This document shows, in pieces, positions 1 to 14,661 of a stretch of 64,000 nucleotides of DNA (position 1 is the first letter of the stretch; the number at the start of each line of letters is the position of its first letter). The stretch spans positions 69,998,001-70,062,000 of the forward strand of contig OZ024742.1 of the NCBI GenBank assembly GCA_964016885.1, read 5' to 3'. This stretch comes from Eledone cirrhosa. Lineage: Eukaryota. The translations under genes and the position numbers were made by a program. The notes beneath the pieces were generated by a model that was given only the letters and a program-made list of their open reading frames with translations, was not told the origin of the DNA and ran no database searches.

Positions 1-244
1 GAGAGTGTCTGTATACATATGTGGCATATATATACATATATACACACACACACACACTCACATACATACACACATATGTTATATATATATAGACACACAA
101 ACAGGTTATATATGTGTTTATCGCCAGCAAGGATATACTTACAGTTATTTTGCACCTTTTTCTTTACTTTACTTCTTAGTTTGATCACTTGTTAGTTACA
201 TCTAAACTATATACACACATACCAGCATATCAATATACACACAC

Positions 245-320
<76 letters not shown>

Positions 321-1389
321 GTACACACCTACACAGACATAGATATACACCTGAGATTGTCTATGGGTATATGTATGAGTGTGTGTGTATGTGTGTATAT
401 TATGAGTATATACTATGGAGGTATGACAACACGGGATGCTGGTCGTTCGGCTGATGGGTTTCGCTGAAACCTTTTGACAAGCTAAAACCGAGCTGTTTAC
501 ATCTTAGATCTGCCTGCACGGATGCGATCTCGGCTCTCGTTCACCTTTTTCTTTTCCCGTCTTTCACACCTTGATAGGGGCTTATCTGCTTAGATCGGGG
601 TATTTTGAAGGGACCCGCTGCCTCAGCTTTTATATATAGCACGGGGAAATTGTTCTCAGTTATGGGAATTATCCAATGAGCCGCTTTCATTTGCGATTTG
701 CCATTATGCGGGTTCAAACTCAATAGTGCCAGACCCACCTCCTTTTTTTTTAAAGCTTAATTCCTCTTCTAGTTCCCCTATCATCCTTCCCCTTCATCTA
801 CCTTCATATATTTGCCCACCCTCATATTCTCACCACCACCCCCTTGTTTGTTATTATTATTCTTTTATTTACACTAATCGCCAACCCCCACTACCATCAC
901 TACTATTACCCTTTCCTCCCCCCGCCGTCTAAACCAACACTACTTCTGCCGCTCCCAACCGCTAGTCTACCACCATAACCACCACCACCACCACCACCGC
1001 TACTACTCCCCACTTCCACCACCGACACCCTCTCTACTACCAATATCACTACCCCCACCCCTACCACCACTACTAACTCTCTCACCTGCGAGTTTCAAGA
1101 AGTTTCGTTTTGTTTTACTTCTTCCAAGACTATCCCGCATCTTGATCTTTTAATGTCTTACTGACACCACCACCACCACCACCACTGGAACCCTCTCCAT
1201 CACCACCACCTCTTCCTCTCTTTCTTTACTTTTCCCACCACCATATCCAGTCAATCCTTTCCACCTTACTCCCTTTCTTTCACATTCTCAAACTCTTGCC
1301 ACTATACCACCCCCATATCTATTTATCTATCTATCTATATCTATCTCCTAATCTGTCTTTCATAACTGTTATGTATACACACGCGCGCG

Positions 1390-1433
<44 letters not shown>

Positions 1434-1445
1434 CATACATACATA

Positions 1446-1495
<50 letters not shown>

Positions 1496-1505
1496 TACAT
1501 ACATA

Positions 1506-1583
<78 letters not shown>

Positions 1584-1638
1584 TATAGATATAGATGTTT
1601 TTATCAAAGATATATAGACGGTATATATGTATATAGAA

Positions 1639-1695
<57 letters not shown>

Positions 1696-2159
1696 GAGAT
1701 AGATATATAGATATACACATACATATATATATACCTTATATACATATATTGTATATATATATATATAGGGGGGGGGATGTGTGTGTGTGTGTTTGTATAT
1801 ATATATATATATATATATACATCACTTCCTTTCGACGACAATACTCCTCCCTCTTTCCCCTCTCCTCTCACTCCTTATAATTATTCTCCCTCTCTGTTCC
1901 ATTCACTTCTCTTTATCATGATATGCACCCCTCCTCCCACTGCTACAATAACTCACCCAATTTCTCTCCTTTTTTCTCTTGTTTCGCCTTCTCCTCTCCC
2001 TCTTTCTTCCCCTTCGCTCTGTCTTTCTTTCATAAACTCATTTCCTTTCCTTTTTCTTTATTACCACCATACATATCATACACCCGTGTGTGATATGTAT
2101 ATATATGTGTGTGTGTGTGCGTGCATGCGTATTTGTGTGTGTTAATAATTTCATTATAT

Positions 2160-2312
2160 TGCTCTGCAGCAAAGAGTTACGGCCCCTTATGGTCTGAGTT
2201 CAAATCCCGCCGAGGTTAACTTTGCCTTTCATCCTTACGGGGTCGATAAAATAAAGTACCAGTAATACACTGAGATAATTGCTGGCCTTGTGCCAAAAGT
2301 AGAAACAATTAT
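2160..2312 (+). mobile_element. tRNA-derived SINE family A, 5'-truncated
   Basis: B-box GAGTTCAAATCC followed by core TTTGCCTTTCATCCTTACGGGGTCGATAAAATAAAGTACCAG, shared with >12 copies in the window. Confidence 0.85.
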
Positions 2313-2320
2313 ATTATATA

Positions 2321-2363
<43 letters not shown>

Positions 2364-2810
2364 GTATAAATGAGAAAAGCTCGATATATATATATATATT
2401 GGATAGCATCGAGCTTCTCTCATTTTTACCAGGATCTATATTGGAATACACCATAAATATATATATATACACATATATAGATAGATAGATGTGTGTGTGT
2501 GTGTGTGTGTGTGTGTATCAGTGGCGAAGGGTAACCTGGAAAGCAGGGCATGCAGTCCAATCGCCATGGCAGAAAGTGGGGTTGTGCAGCCTTACCCCCC
2601 CCCCTCCAATTCCCTCTAAATGACCCTCTCGGTCAAAGCCGCATGTAGTGTTATCTTGTGTGTGTGTGTGTGTGTATGTGTCATCTTTTAATGTGTCTAC
2701 GATTTAGTAAGCAGTCAAAATTCTGCTTGCTTCAACCGACGCAATTGATCAACTCAAGATTCTATAACGCATGCACTGCATACATTGCATGCACGGACCC
2801 TTCGCCCCTG

Positions 2811-2871
<61 letters not shown>

Positions 2872-3003
2872 CGAGGTTATATTTAATTTGTTGGGATTCA
2901 ACAAGCTTTAAAATGTTTATAACTGATATAAAGCACTCAACAAATTAGTGGAGTAATTACACAATAAATTAATAAATGGAAACTATATTTATAAAACCAT
3001 ATT

Positions 3004-3069
3004 TATTTTATTATACATATTTCAAGGGCCACCAAGGCAAATTATTGTGCGCTTTCATCAGATAAAATA
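3004..3069 (-). ncRNA. Type I hammerhead ribozyme
   Basis: Reverse complement reads tattttat-CTGATGA-stem II-GAAA-tatgta-TA-ataaaata. Confidence 0.75.
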
Positions 3070-3197
3070 CAGATTTGTTTTATAAATAAATATTGACATA
3101 CCCGGAAAAAAAGACAACCTTAACGGTTGGAGCTTCCTGGATAGTGGAGAAGTCTTTTTTCCCGAGTATGTCAATATTTATTTATAAATCAAATCTG

Positions 3198-3263
3198 TAT
3201 TTTATCTGATGAAAGCGCACCATAATTTGCCTTGGTGGCCCTTGAAATATGTATAATAAAATA
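3198..3263 (+). ncRNA. Type I hammerhead ribozyme (minimal stem III)
   Basis: Stem I tattttat/ataaaata, CTGATGA 3206-3212, stem II aagcgcacc..ggtggccctt, GAAA 3244-3247, AUA cleavage triplet. Confidence 0.8.
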
Positions 3264-3301
3264 AATATGGTTTTATAAATATAGTTTCCATTTATTAATA
3301 T

Positions 3302-3345
<44 letters not shown>

Positions 3346-3517
3346 TGGTTTTATAAATATAGTTTCCATTTATTTAATATCATTGAATATTTACTCCAGA
3401 TAACTGTCGAGTGCTCTGAATCAGTTATAAACATTTATATTTGTTGAATTTCCAACAAATTAAATATCCCTTCTACTTACATATATACATGTAGATATAT
3501 ATTTATATATATATATA

Positions 3518-3591
<74 letters not shown>

Positions 3592-4159
3592 GTGTCTGGT
3601 GTGCGAAGACCGGAAAGACCATCCTTACTACAACAAGTAACCCCATCACCACCATATCAATTACCCCATACTCACTGTTGCTCTCTTTCCTTTTCTCCCA
3701 CTTTTCACTCCCTATCACCGACCTCCACCCCCACTGTTCTTTTATCTCCCCTTCCCGTCGCTTGCTCTATCTCTATCTCTTCTGTTATCCCTCTACCTAC
3801 TCCTCACGCCACACACACACACACACATACACACGTACACACGCGCGCATGCATATACACACATACACTTATTGTTACAGACAGTTAACCGGGATCAATG
3901 GTGCAGCGTTTGGTTATGAACTGGACATATACCTCCCCCTCCTCCTCCTACAACTACTACTTCGACTGCTGTAACTATTGCTCTTACTACTCCCGCTCTC
4001 CTTCACACCCCTGCTACTCATACTAATGTTTTCTCTCTCTTTCATCTCTCTCACTCTCTATATATCTCTCTTATTCGGCTTTATCTACTGATCCTACTAT
4101 ACTTACTGATTCTACTCTCCCTCTGTTTTTCTTTCTTTCATTTCAGATTTCGGTTTATT

Positions 4160-4204
<45 letters not shown>

Positions 4205-5159
4205 CTTTTCTGGCCACAATCTCAGTGCAGTTACTGCTCTCCCCTCCCTCTCCGACAACTCCTACTGTAATTTCTACTCCCACTCACTACGGTCGTAAGC
4301 TATTTGTTGTCTGCCTCCTTCGCCTCTACCTCTTCTCCCTTACAACATTCTCCTTTATCTTCGCGCCTCGCTCCCCCCATCACCTTGCCCTCTCTCCTCT
4401 CACTATTTAAATTCTCTGTTTCTCTGTCTCTGTTTACCCATCATCCTTCATTCTCCGTCGTCTGCTTCAATGAATGAAACTTCCCTTACTTTCACTTTAC
4501 ACCAACATGTATTTACTTGTATATATATATATGAATATATATGTGTGTGTGTGTGTGTGTATGTGAGTGTGAGGGTGTATATCAATATAATATATATATA
4601 TATGTACATATGCACACAAACACACACACACACACATATATATATATACATATATATATATGTGTGTGTGTGCGTGTGTGAGTGTGTGTGTGTGAATATA
4701 ATATATATATATATACGCACACAAACGCACACACACACACACATTCACACACATACACACACTCACACACACACACACACACATATATATGTGGGTGCGT
4801 GTGTGTTTGTTTGTGCGTGTGATTATAAACACATACATAGATTCCGTACATGCACTCTAATAAACACGCACATGTGTTTACAGCTAAATTCCCCACCATC
4901 ACAGTCACGCCCCCCAGTAAGAAAAGCGACCCCTATCTTACCTGACGTCCATTCATGCCCCACCCTTAATACCGACCCCTATCCAATCATCCCTGTTCCC
5001 TTCTACAAAAGACCCCTATATCCCGCCCCACCATCACAAACTTTTTTCCTACTTCTGCAACAGACTTAAAACTTTTCTTGTTATTTCATATACTGTATTG
5101 TTGTTATTGTTGATGTTCTTGTTACTGTTGTTCGTACTCTTATTGCTACTCTTGTTTCT

Positions 5160-5201
<42 letters not shown>

Positions 5202-5334
5202 ATAACTGCTGTTGCTTTGTTTTTATCATAGGTTAATACTGTTTTTGGTAATATTTGTTTTTGGCGTTTCTGTTACTGTTGCTCATATTGTTATTGTTGT
5301 TGTTGTTGTTTCTATTACTGTTGCTTTTGTTGTT

Positions 5335-6968
5335 GTTAGACAGTATCAATGTAGTGTCAGACACCATGCTTTGCCGCATAGAGTTATAGCCCTTTATGTT
5401 CCGAGTTCAAATCCCGCCGAGGTTAACTTTGCCTTTCATCCTTACGGAGTCGATAAAATAAAGCACTAGTGATACACTGGGATAATTGCTGGCCTTGTGC
5501 CAAAAGTAGAAATAGTTATTTATTATCATGGTTAATACTAGTGAGCGGTGGACTGACTGTATCGGTAGAGTGTCAGACACCATGCTTTACAGCATAGAGT
5601 TATGGCCCTTTACGATCTGAGTTCAAATCCTTCCGAGGTTAACTTTGCCTTTCATCCTTTCATCGGTGTCGATAAAATAAAGCACCAGTAATGCACTGGG
5701 GAGATTTAATCGACTTTCCCCTCTTCCCCCAAATTACTGGCCTTATGCCTACACTAGAAATCATTATCATGGTTGATGCTGTTGTTATTGTTATTGTCAT
5801 TATCATCAGTGGGTGGGTTGAGACATTCGAAAAAAGACTCTATACACTTTATAACATTCGTCTTTTTAGATTTTGAGCTATTCTCGCCGAGGTGGAATTT
5901 ATCTTTCATCAATCCAGACTAGATAAATACTTTAAATGATTCTATCAACAGAGATGTCTGTTAATGAAATTACCGTGTAAGTGGCTGAGCATTCCACAGA
6001 CACGTACACCGTTAATGTAGGTCTCGGGGGAAATTCAGCATGACACAGTATGTGACAAGGCTGAACCCTTGAATTATAGGTACAACGTATTTTTACCAGC
6101 TAAATCGACTGAAGCAACGTGAAATAAAGTATTTTGCTCAAGAAATCGAACTCAAGACCTTACAATTGTGAACCCACGGCCCAAACCACTACACTGCGCT
6201 TATTGAGTTCAAATCTCACCGAGGTCGAATTTACCTTTCATCCATCCAGACTAGGTGTAAATTAGTAATAGTTGAATATTGGGAAATTTAATTCACTATA
6301 ACCTCCCACAAATTTGGGTTCTTATGTCTATGAAAAAAAACAAACGAAATATCAAGTATTTTTCATGATGTTTTTTAGATGCAATTCAATGCAAAACTTT
6401 CACACGTAACCAGCCGCCATTTGGGTTTTAGTAATGCACTCTAATCCATCACCTTTGTGGCCAATAAAAGAAATGATTAAGAAATCCTTATTGATATTAT
6501 TATAGATTGACAGAATCGTTAGAGTTTTATTTTTAAAGGCCTAATTATGGCCCTTTATGTTTTAAGTTCAAATCATACCAAAGTCAACTTTGCCATGGAT
6601 CTTACCAAGGTCGATAAATTAAAATAATTGTCAAGTATAGGCATCGATTTAATCGAATTTCCCCACCCTTCTTGCAGCAAAATTAGAAACGAGATCATTA
6701 TCATTTTTGTTACTATAATTATTACTTTTATGAATAGTATTGTGTTCTTGTTGATATGTTTGTTTATTTGTTATTATTAGTTAACGTAAGGGTGGTGGAT
6801 TGGCAGTATCGGTAGAGCGTCGGAGACCATGCTTTGTAGCATAGAGTTATGGCCCTTTGCCTTTCATCCTTATGGGGTCGATAAAATAAAGTACCTGTAA
6901 TGCACTGGTGTCGATATAAACAATTTCCCTCCCCAAATTGCTGGCCTTGTGCATATAGTAGAAATTAT
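5335..6968 (+). mobile_element. Cluster of ~6 SINE-A copies and fragments
   Basis: Repeated GAGTTCAAATC...GCCTTTCATCC...GTCGATAAAATAAAG at ~5400, 5620, 5880, 6205, 6565, 6860; a second SINE family is nested at 5975-6200. Confidence 0.8.
5975..6200 (-). mobile_element. tRNA-derived SINE family B (CORE-like body)
   Basis: Minus strand has an A box, B box GAGTTCGATT and CTTGAGCAAAATACTTTATTTCACGTTGCT; same head as 30279-30400. Confidence 0.7.
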
Positions 6969-7335
6969 TAGGTAACGTACTAGCGTTACGTACATACTGT
7001 CAGTTAACGTTCTGAGTCCCAATACGTTCGTGCGTGTAAAATAAAAGACATATATAAAAAAAAATATATAAAAAATACACATTGGGCTGTACATGAAAAA
7101 ATACATAAGGTGTTACATAATGGAATACGTGGAGAAGATACACACACTACTTAAAAGATACATATGTAGGGAGTGCGGGAGAACAGCTTATAATGGAGTA
7201 TGTTACTGTGGCTGAAATAGAGTGCCTTAGTGATGTATTAAACGGAGTTGACTATACCCATGGAAATTGAGCCACCGTGTCCTGACTCCTGCGGCGGCGG
7301 TGTTTAAGATGAGGTGCAGAGTCAAACGAGCAGTA

Positions 7336-7380
<45 letters not shown>

Positions 7381-7385
<5 letters not shown>

Positions 7386-7547
7386 ATTTAAAACTTCACT
7401 ATTCACAAGTGTTTTTTAACCTTCATATCATGTATCCCTATTTTATCTGATGAAAACGCAGATATCATCTCATGATGATATTTGTTTTTGAAATGCGCAT
7501 AATAAAATACTTGGAACTCTTTTAACCATCTTTTGATCTTATATTAT
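7381..7547 (+). mobile_element. ~170-bp monomeric HHR-containing non-autonomous unit flanked by (TA)n
   Basis: Near-identical to 12653-12819 including the start TGTTGATTTAAAAC; TA repeats on both sides. Confidence 0.75.
7439..7509 (+). ncRNA. Type I hammerhead ribozyme, palindromic stem III (TGCGCA)
   Basis: tattttat-CTGATGA-aaacgcagatatcatc tcat gatgatatttgttttt-GAAA-tgcgca-TA-ataaaata. Confidence 0.85.
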
Positions 7548-8029
7548 ATATATATATATTGATAAAAAGAAATTAACACAGATAAGCGATACACTAGGAT
7601 TTATTTCGAGCATTTACATATGTACATATGTATATACCTATAATAATAGTAGATGCATTTTCAATTGAACCCTGACCTGTTGGACCCCAATTCTACCTTC
7701 ACCTCCACACCTTCATAAAGAACATATATATAAGAAATTTTGACAGAGAATTTACATATGTTCAAACTGCACACTGAATGTATGAAAAAACTTTTTTTAA
7801 TATTCAATAAGATTGATTATACCAATCGAAACCGGTTATATTTAATGCAACAATTATAAAATTATCCATTCTGTCTGATTAAAGAAAAAAATAATCTTTA
7901 AATATATTTCTGTGCTTTTTCACTTTTACTTTTTAACTGTGTATGTGTATGCATATATATAATATATATTTTTCTAGGTGTAAAACTTGCTTTGTTCGTA
8001 CTGCCTCTCTGTTGTTCCCGTTCAATTGT

Positions 8030-8336
<307 letters not shown>

Positions 8337-8399
8337 TCAGAAGATCCCGTTAAGGGTGAAAGCAGCGATTCTTTGCTTAAACTTTAATCTGTTATTTTA

Positions 8400-8447
<48 letters not shown>

Positions 8448-8449
8448 AT

Positions 8450-8779
8450 ATTATTAGAAATGTTAGCTATCGCTGTATTTTGACTAAAGAAATTAAAGAA
8501 ATTATTTAGCCTGATAGTGGGGTTAAGAACCCTCGGAGAAATGGAAAAAGATGAGTATTGACGTACATGGGATATATAAACATATATATACTTATATATA
8601 TAAACATATATATACATACATATATATATATATAAACATATATATACATATATATATATGTTGTACGTCAATACTCATCTTTTTCCATTTCTCCGAGGGT
8701 TCTTAACCCCACTATCAGGCTAAATAATTTCTTTAATCTCTTTAGTCAAAATACGGCGATAGCTAACATTTCTAATAAT
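8450..8779. repeat. Inverted repeat, ~118-bp arms around a TA-rich spacer
   Basis: 8450-8567 is the reverse complement of 8663-8779. Confidence 0.85.
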
Positions 8780-8843
8780 TTCAAACCCACTCGGTGTTTC
8801 GAAAATATTCTTACTATATATATCTCTCTCTATATATATATAT

Positions 8844-10255
<1,412 letters not shown>

Positions 10256-10327
10256 AATAATAATATTGAGTATATGTATATATGTATATGTGTGTGTGTT
10301 TGTTAAGTGTATATAACTTTATTCATG

Positions 10328-10476
<149 letters not shown>

Positions 10477-10650
10477 TATATACGTATATATATATATATA
10501 ACGAAGGAAGTGTGGTAAGGAACCAGGTGGACCATAACGCACCAGAGTACTCAATACTTAGGGTAGAGTGGGTAATAAGAAAATGTTAAAGACTCCGACG
10601 GCAGAGCTCAAGCCGTTTCCACGGCTATTTCTAGACGTCCAGAAATACAT

Positions 10651-10748
<98 letters not shown>

Positions 10749-11533
10749 GTATTTAAGAAAGCCACAACAGTGCAGAGGGAAATTTCGAGGTAGCAAGTGA
10801 AAGATAGATAGGAAAAACAGGTGAAAGTGAAAATTGAGAGAGACAAAGATGAAAACAAAACAAAGGTAGAAGGGTTACCGTAGTAGAGATTTAATCCCAA
10901 TATTTCGGGCTCACGCCCATCAACGGGGGAAAGTTCCAAAAGGGGGGGAACAGGCCAAGCGGAGAAAGTTGTGATGTCGTTAAGACAGGAATGCCGTTAT
11001 GGGGAGAAAATTATTTAAAATTTAAACGAGGGAAAGAATGCGCGTGCGCGTGATAGGCTGTGGCAAAAGCTACTGACCAAATGGGTTAAATCAAGAGGGT
11101 GCGCTAGCGTGTGAAAGCCGTAAGATATGTGTGTGTAAATATATATGTGTGTGTAACTGTGTGTGTATAAGTGTAAGTGTGTATATGTGTGAGTGTGTGT
11201 GTGTGTGAAAGATAGTGGGCTGTAGAAGCTGGAAATCAAAGGGTGTGAAAGGTGGTAGGTTGTAAAACATGTGTGCGTGTATAAATATAGATGTGTGTGT
11301 GTAAGCGTATGGGTATACATTTGTGTGTAACTGTGTGTGTATATGTGTGAGTGCGTTTGTGTGTGAAAGATAGTGGGCTGTAAAAGCTGGAAATCAAAGG
11401 GTGTGAAAGGTGGTAGGTTGTAAAAACATGTGTGCGTGTATAAATATAGATGTGTGTGTGTATGCGTATGGGTATGCATATACGTGCGTGTGTGTGAAGA
11501 TAGCAGGCCGTAGGCTGTGAATGGTCACTATGG

Positions 11534-11716
11534 TTAAGTTAGCCATGTCAGCTCATTTCTCTCAGCCCGGTTGTTAAGTGGGGGTCTGAGGTTCTTAATA
11601 ACAAGTGCTTCCTTTATCCTTAAGGATCCGATGCTGCGTTCAGTCGCTAGGACTGTGACCAAGGGTCTACCCTGTGGGTTTCCGCATTTAAGGATGTGTT
11701 TACGGAAGGAAGATGC
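11534..11716 (-). pseudogene. C-terminus of PLE GIY-YIG endonuclease (Penelope/Poseidon-like)
   Basis: SSFRKHILKC...LRIKEALVIKNLRPPLN matches the E-A-L-x-I...P-x-L-N end of PLE GIY-YIG domains. Confidence 0.7.
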
Positions 11717-12132
11717 GTTGTTACACACACAGTTACACACACATGTATACCCATACGCTTACACACACACATCTATATTTATACACGCACACATATTTTA
11801 CAACCTACCACCTTTCACACCCTTTGATTTCCAGCTTCTACAGCCCACTATCTTTCACACACACACACACTCACACATATACACACTTACACTTATACAC
11901 ACACAGTTACACACACATATATATTTACACACACATATCTTACGGCTTTCACACGCTAGCGCACCCTCTTGATTTAACCCATTTGGTCAGTAGCTTTTGC
12001 CACAGCCTATCACGCGCACGCGCATTCTTTCCCTCGTTTAAATTTTAAATAATTTTCTCCCCATAACGGCATTCCTGTCTTAACGACATCACAACTTTCT
12101 CCGCTTGGCCTGTTCCCCCCCTTTTGGAACTT

Positions 12133-12168
12133 TCCCCCGTTGATGGGCGTGAGCCCGAAATATTGGGA
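12133..12168 (+). ncRNA. Minimal HHR-like fold with variant core CCGUUGA (mirror copy 10895-10930, -)
   Basis: tccc-CCGTTGA-t-gggc gtga gccc-GAAA-ta-TT-ggga; palindromic AATATT stem III. Confidence 0.5.
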
Positions 12169-12359
12169 TTAAATCTCTACTACGGTAACCTTTCTACCTT
12201 TGTTTTGTTTTCATCTTTGTCTCTCTCAATTTTCAATTTCACCTGTTTTTCCTATCTATCTTTCACTTCCTACCTCGAGATTTCCCTCTGCATTGTTGTG
12301 GCTTTCTTAAATACGTATTTTACACATTTCACAATGCTTCAAGCAAACTTTAACACCCT

Positions 12360-12411
<52 letters not shown>

Positions 12412-12532
12412 GGAGGTGAGTTTTATTGTAGTACAATAAAGCAGTGCAGATATCGGATAAGTAGCACTCTACAGTTTGTAGGACTGGAGTATAAATAATA
12501 TAAGATCAAAAGATGGTTAAAAGAGTTCCATG

Positions 12533-12603
12533 TATTTTATTATGCGCTTTTCAAAAACAAATATCATCATGAGATGACATTTGCGTTTTCGTCAGATAAA
12601 ATA
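12533..12603 (-). ncRNA. Type I hammerhead ribozyme (stem III mismatch)
   Basis: CTGACGA core; GAAA-agcgca-TA. Confidence 0.65.
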
Positions 12604-12710
12604 GCGAGACATGATATGAAGGTTAAAAAAACACTTGTGAATAGTGCAGTTATGTTGATTTAAAACTGCACTATTCACAAGTGTTTTTTAACCTTCATAT
12701 CATGTTTCCC

Positions 12711-12781
12711 TATTTTATCTGACGAAAACGCAAATGTCATCTCATGATGATATTTGTTTTTGAAATGCGCATAATAAAATA
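12711..12781 (+). ncRNA. Type I hammerhead ribozyme
   Basis: tattttat-CTGACGA-long stem II-GAAA-tgcgca-TA-ataaaata. Confidence 0.85.
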
Positions 12782-12846
12782 CATGGAACTCTTTTAACCA
12801 TCTTTTGATCTTATATTATATATATATAATTATATATATATATATA

Positions 12847-13120
12847 TACAGTTGAACCTCGCTTCACGAACAATTTTTCCAAACAAAAACGTTTCGGTGT
12901 CTCAGGTAACGAACACACAAGCCAGATCAAAGGTTGCCGAAAAGCTGGGAGTATCGGCAGGAAAGCGACATTTGGTGTGTAGTTAGTTACTATGATGATA
13001 TCAATCTATCTTTCACGCATAGTCTCTCTTTCCCTGTATTTCTCTGTCAACATTTCGTATGAGGAAAACAGTTTCGGTTTACGAACATTTGGGTGACGAA
13101 CGGCCTTCAGAAACGAATTA
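12847..13120 (+). mobile_element. pogo/Tigger-like DNA transposon end fragment
   Basis: TA followed by CAGTTGAACCTCG terminus and repeated ACGAAC subterminal motifs; partner TIR not found. Confidence 0.4.
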
Positions 13121-13193
13121 ACACACACGCGCACATGCGCACACATGCATACACACACGCGCGCGCGCACATATACGCATGCATACACGCACG

Positions 13194-13257
<64 letters not shown>

Positions 13258-13282
13258 CATAAACACACACACACACACACAC

Positions 13283-13334
<52 letters not shown>

Positions 13335-13364
13335 TTACTATAATTACGTTAAATCTATATATAT

Positions 13365-13635
13365 TTAAAAAATTAGAGATAAGAGGGATCAGATGCTGTT
13401 TACTCGAGAGAAGGCTACGTTGGTATGGACACGTGATGCGCATGAAAGTCGATAGCTGTATAACAAAGTGCAGGGCAATAAAGATAGTCGGTAGCCACGG
13501 AATAGGCAGACCTAGAAAAACCTGGGACGAGCTGATAAACTCCGACCTCACACACTTACACCTCTCCAAGACAATGTCACTGGACCGAGACCTTTGGCGG
13601 TACTCAGTAACAGAGAAGACCCGCCTTACCTAAAT
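13365..13635 (+). pseudogene. 3' end of RTE-clade LINE ORF
   Basis: RRLRWYGHVMRM...GRPRKTW motif typical of RTE C-termini. Confidence 0.8.
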
Positions 13636-13819
13636 ATATAGTAAAACCTACTACAGCCAGTAGGCATCTCTAACAAAATACACCCCGTCCCACCACCCCC
13701 ACCCCCACCCCATCCACACCACCCCGTTCTATGTAAAGTTATGTTGGTGCCGCGCCATCCAGGCCGAAACAAATGAGATCGTGTAGGTGTCACGACAAAA
13801 AAACACACAGTCCACGCTG

Positions 13820-14035
13820 TAATGTGGCCGTGTAGGCAACACGGTAAAAACCTCCCAGCCCCACACTGTAAATGTGGTTGGTGTTAGGAAGGGCATCCAA
13901 CTGTAGAAAACCTGCCAGACAGTCCTATGCGAGCAAGACAATCACTCTTGCCTCAAGTGGGACTACCCCCGTCCAAACCCATGCAAGCGTGGAACACGGA
14001 CGTTAAACGTTGATGATGATGATGATGATGATGAT
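13820..14035 (+). mobile_element. SINE 3' part (Meta-domain-like) with (GAT)n tail
   Basis: GTTAGGAAGGGCATCCAACTGTAGAAAAC...GGACGTTAAACG followed by (TGA)n. Confidence 0.6.
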
Positions 14036-14205
14036 CTAATGTATATTGACTAAGTTACTCAACAAAGAAAGCTCAATTAATATTAAGCTTAGAACATAAT
14101 TTATATAAATTTATACAAATTTAAATGAAAAAGTTTCTTTCATATATCTAAATGAGATTTATAAATAGATTTATAAAAGAGACTTTATTGTATATCGTTT
14201 AAATT

Positions 14206-14260
<55 letters not shown>

Positions 14261-14661
14261 GCGGACTGGCCAGATTGCTAGGTTGCCCAAGTGCAAGCGA
14301 GCCCCAGGGAGCCCATGGTAGCATTGCACGGGCCCACAGTAGCATTACAGGGCCCACTGTAGTATTTTAGGGGCTAATGCTTTGCTTTCAAAAAATACCT
14401 GAAGTCTAAGAGAAAGAATAAAATCTTTTTAAAAATAAATAAAACAATTAAGCAAAGTATTCGGTTCACCAATTTCCCCAAAAAATAGAAACCAAGATAT
14501 GTGATTGTGAATTAATAGAAACCAAGATATGTAATCAGTACTTATACATTCTACTAAATCTAAAGCTTAGTGTAGACATTCATGCATGCAAACATACGTA
14601 TATAGACACACATATACAAGCATATATATAAATTTTAAAAGTAGGTTTATAAGTATGAATT

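Larger units (their letters stand above)
2876..3470. mobile_element. Foldback (head-to-head) non-coding HHR unit in (TA)n, PLE pLTR-like
   Basis: 2876-3115 is the reverse complement of 3150-3470 (the right arm has a TA insertion and short duplication); centre ~3133; one HHR per arm. Confidence 0.8.
10745..12350. mobile_element. PLE 3' fragment with inverted pseudo-LTR
   Basis: 10745-11340 is the reverse complement of 11722-12318; the spacer encodes a GIY-YIG C-terminus on the minus strand. Confidence 0.75.
12495..12819. mobile_element. Foldback HHR unit (inverted dimer of the 7381 unit)
   Basis: Arms are reverse complements about ~12657. Confidence 0.85.

Noticed and set aside
7799-7842. 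HHR-shaped fold with stem II gattg/caatc and GAAA-ccgg-TT
   Set aside because: Core reads TCAATAA instead of CTGANGA; decayed relic at best
14256-14400. Possible hAT-like terminus CAATGGCGGACTGGCC (also CAGTGGCG at 2519)
   Set aside because: No matching second TIR or target-site duplication found
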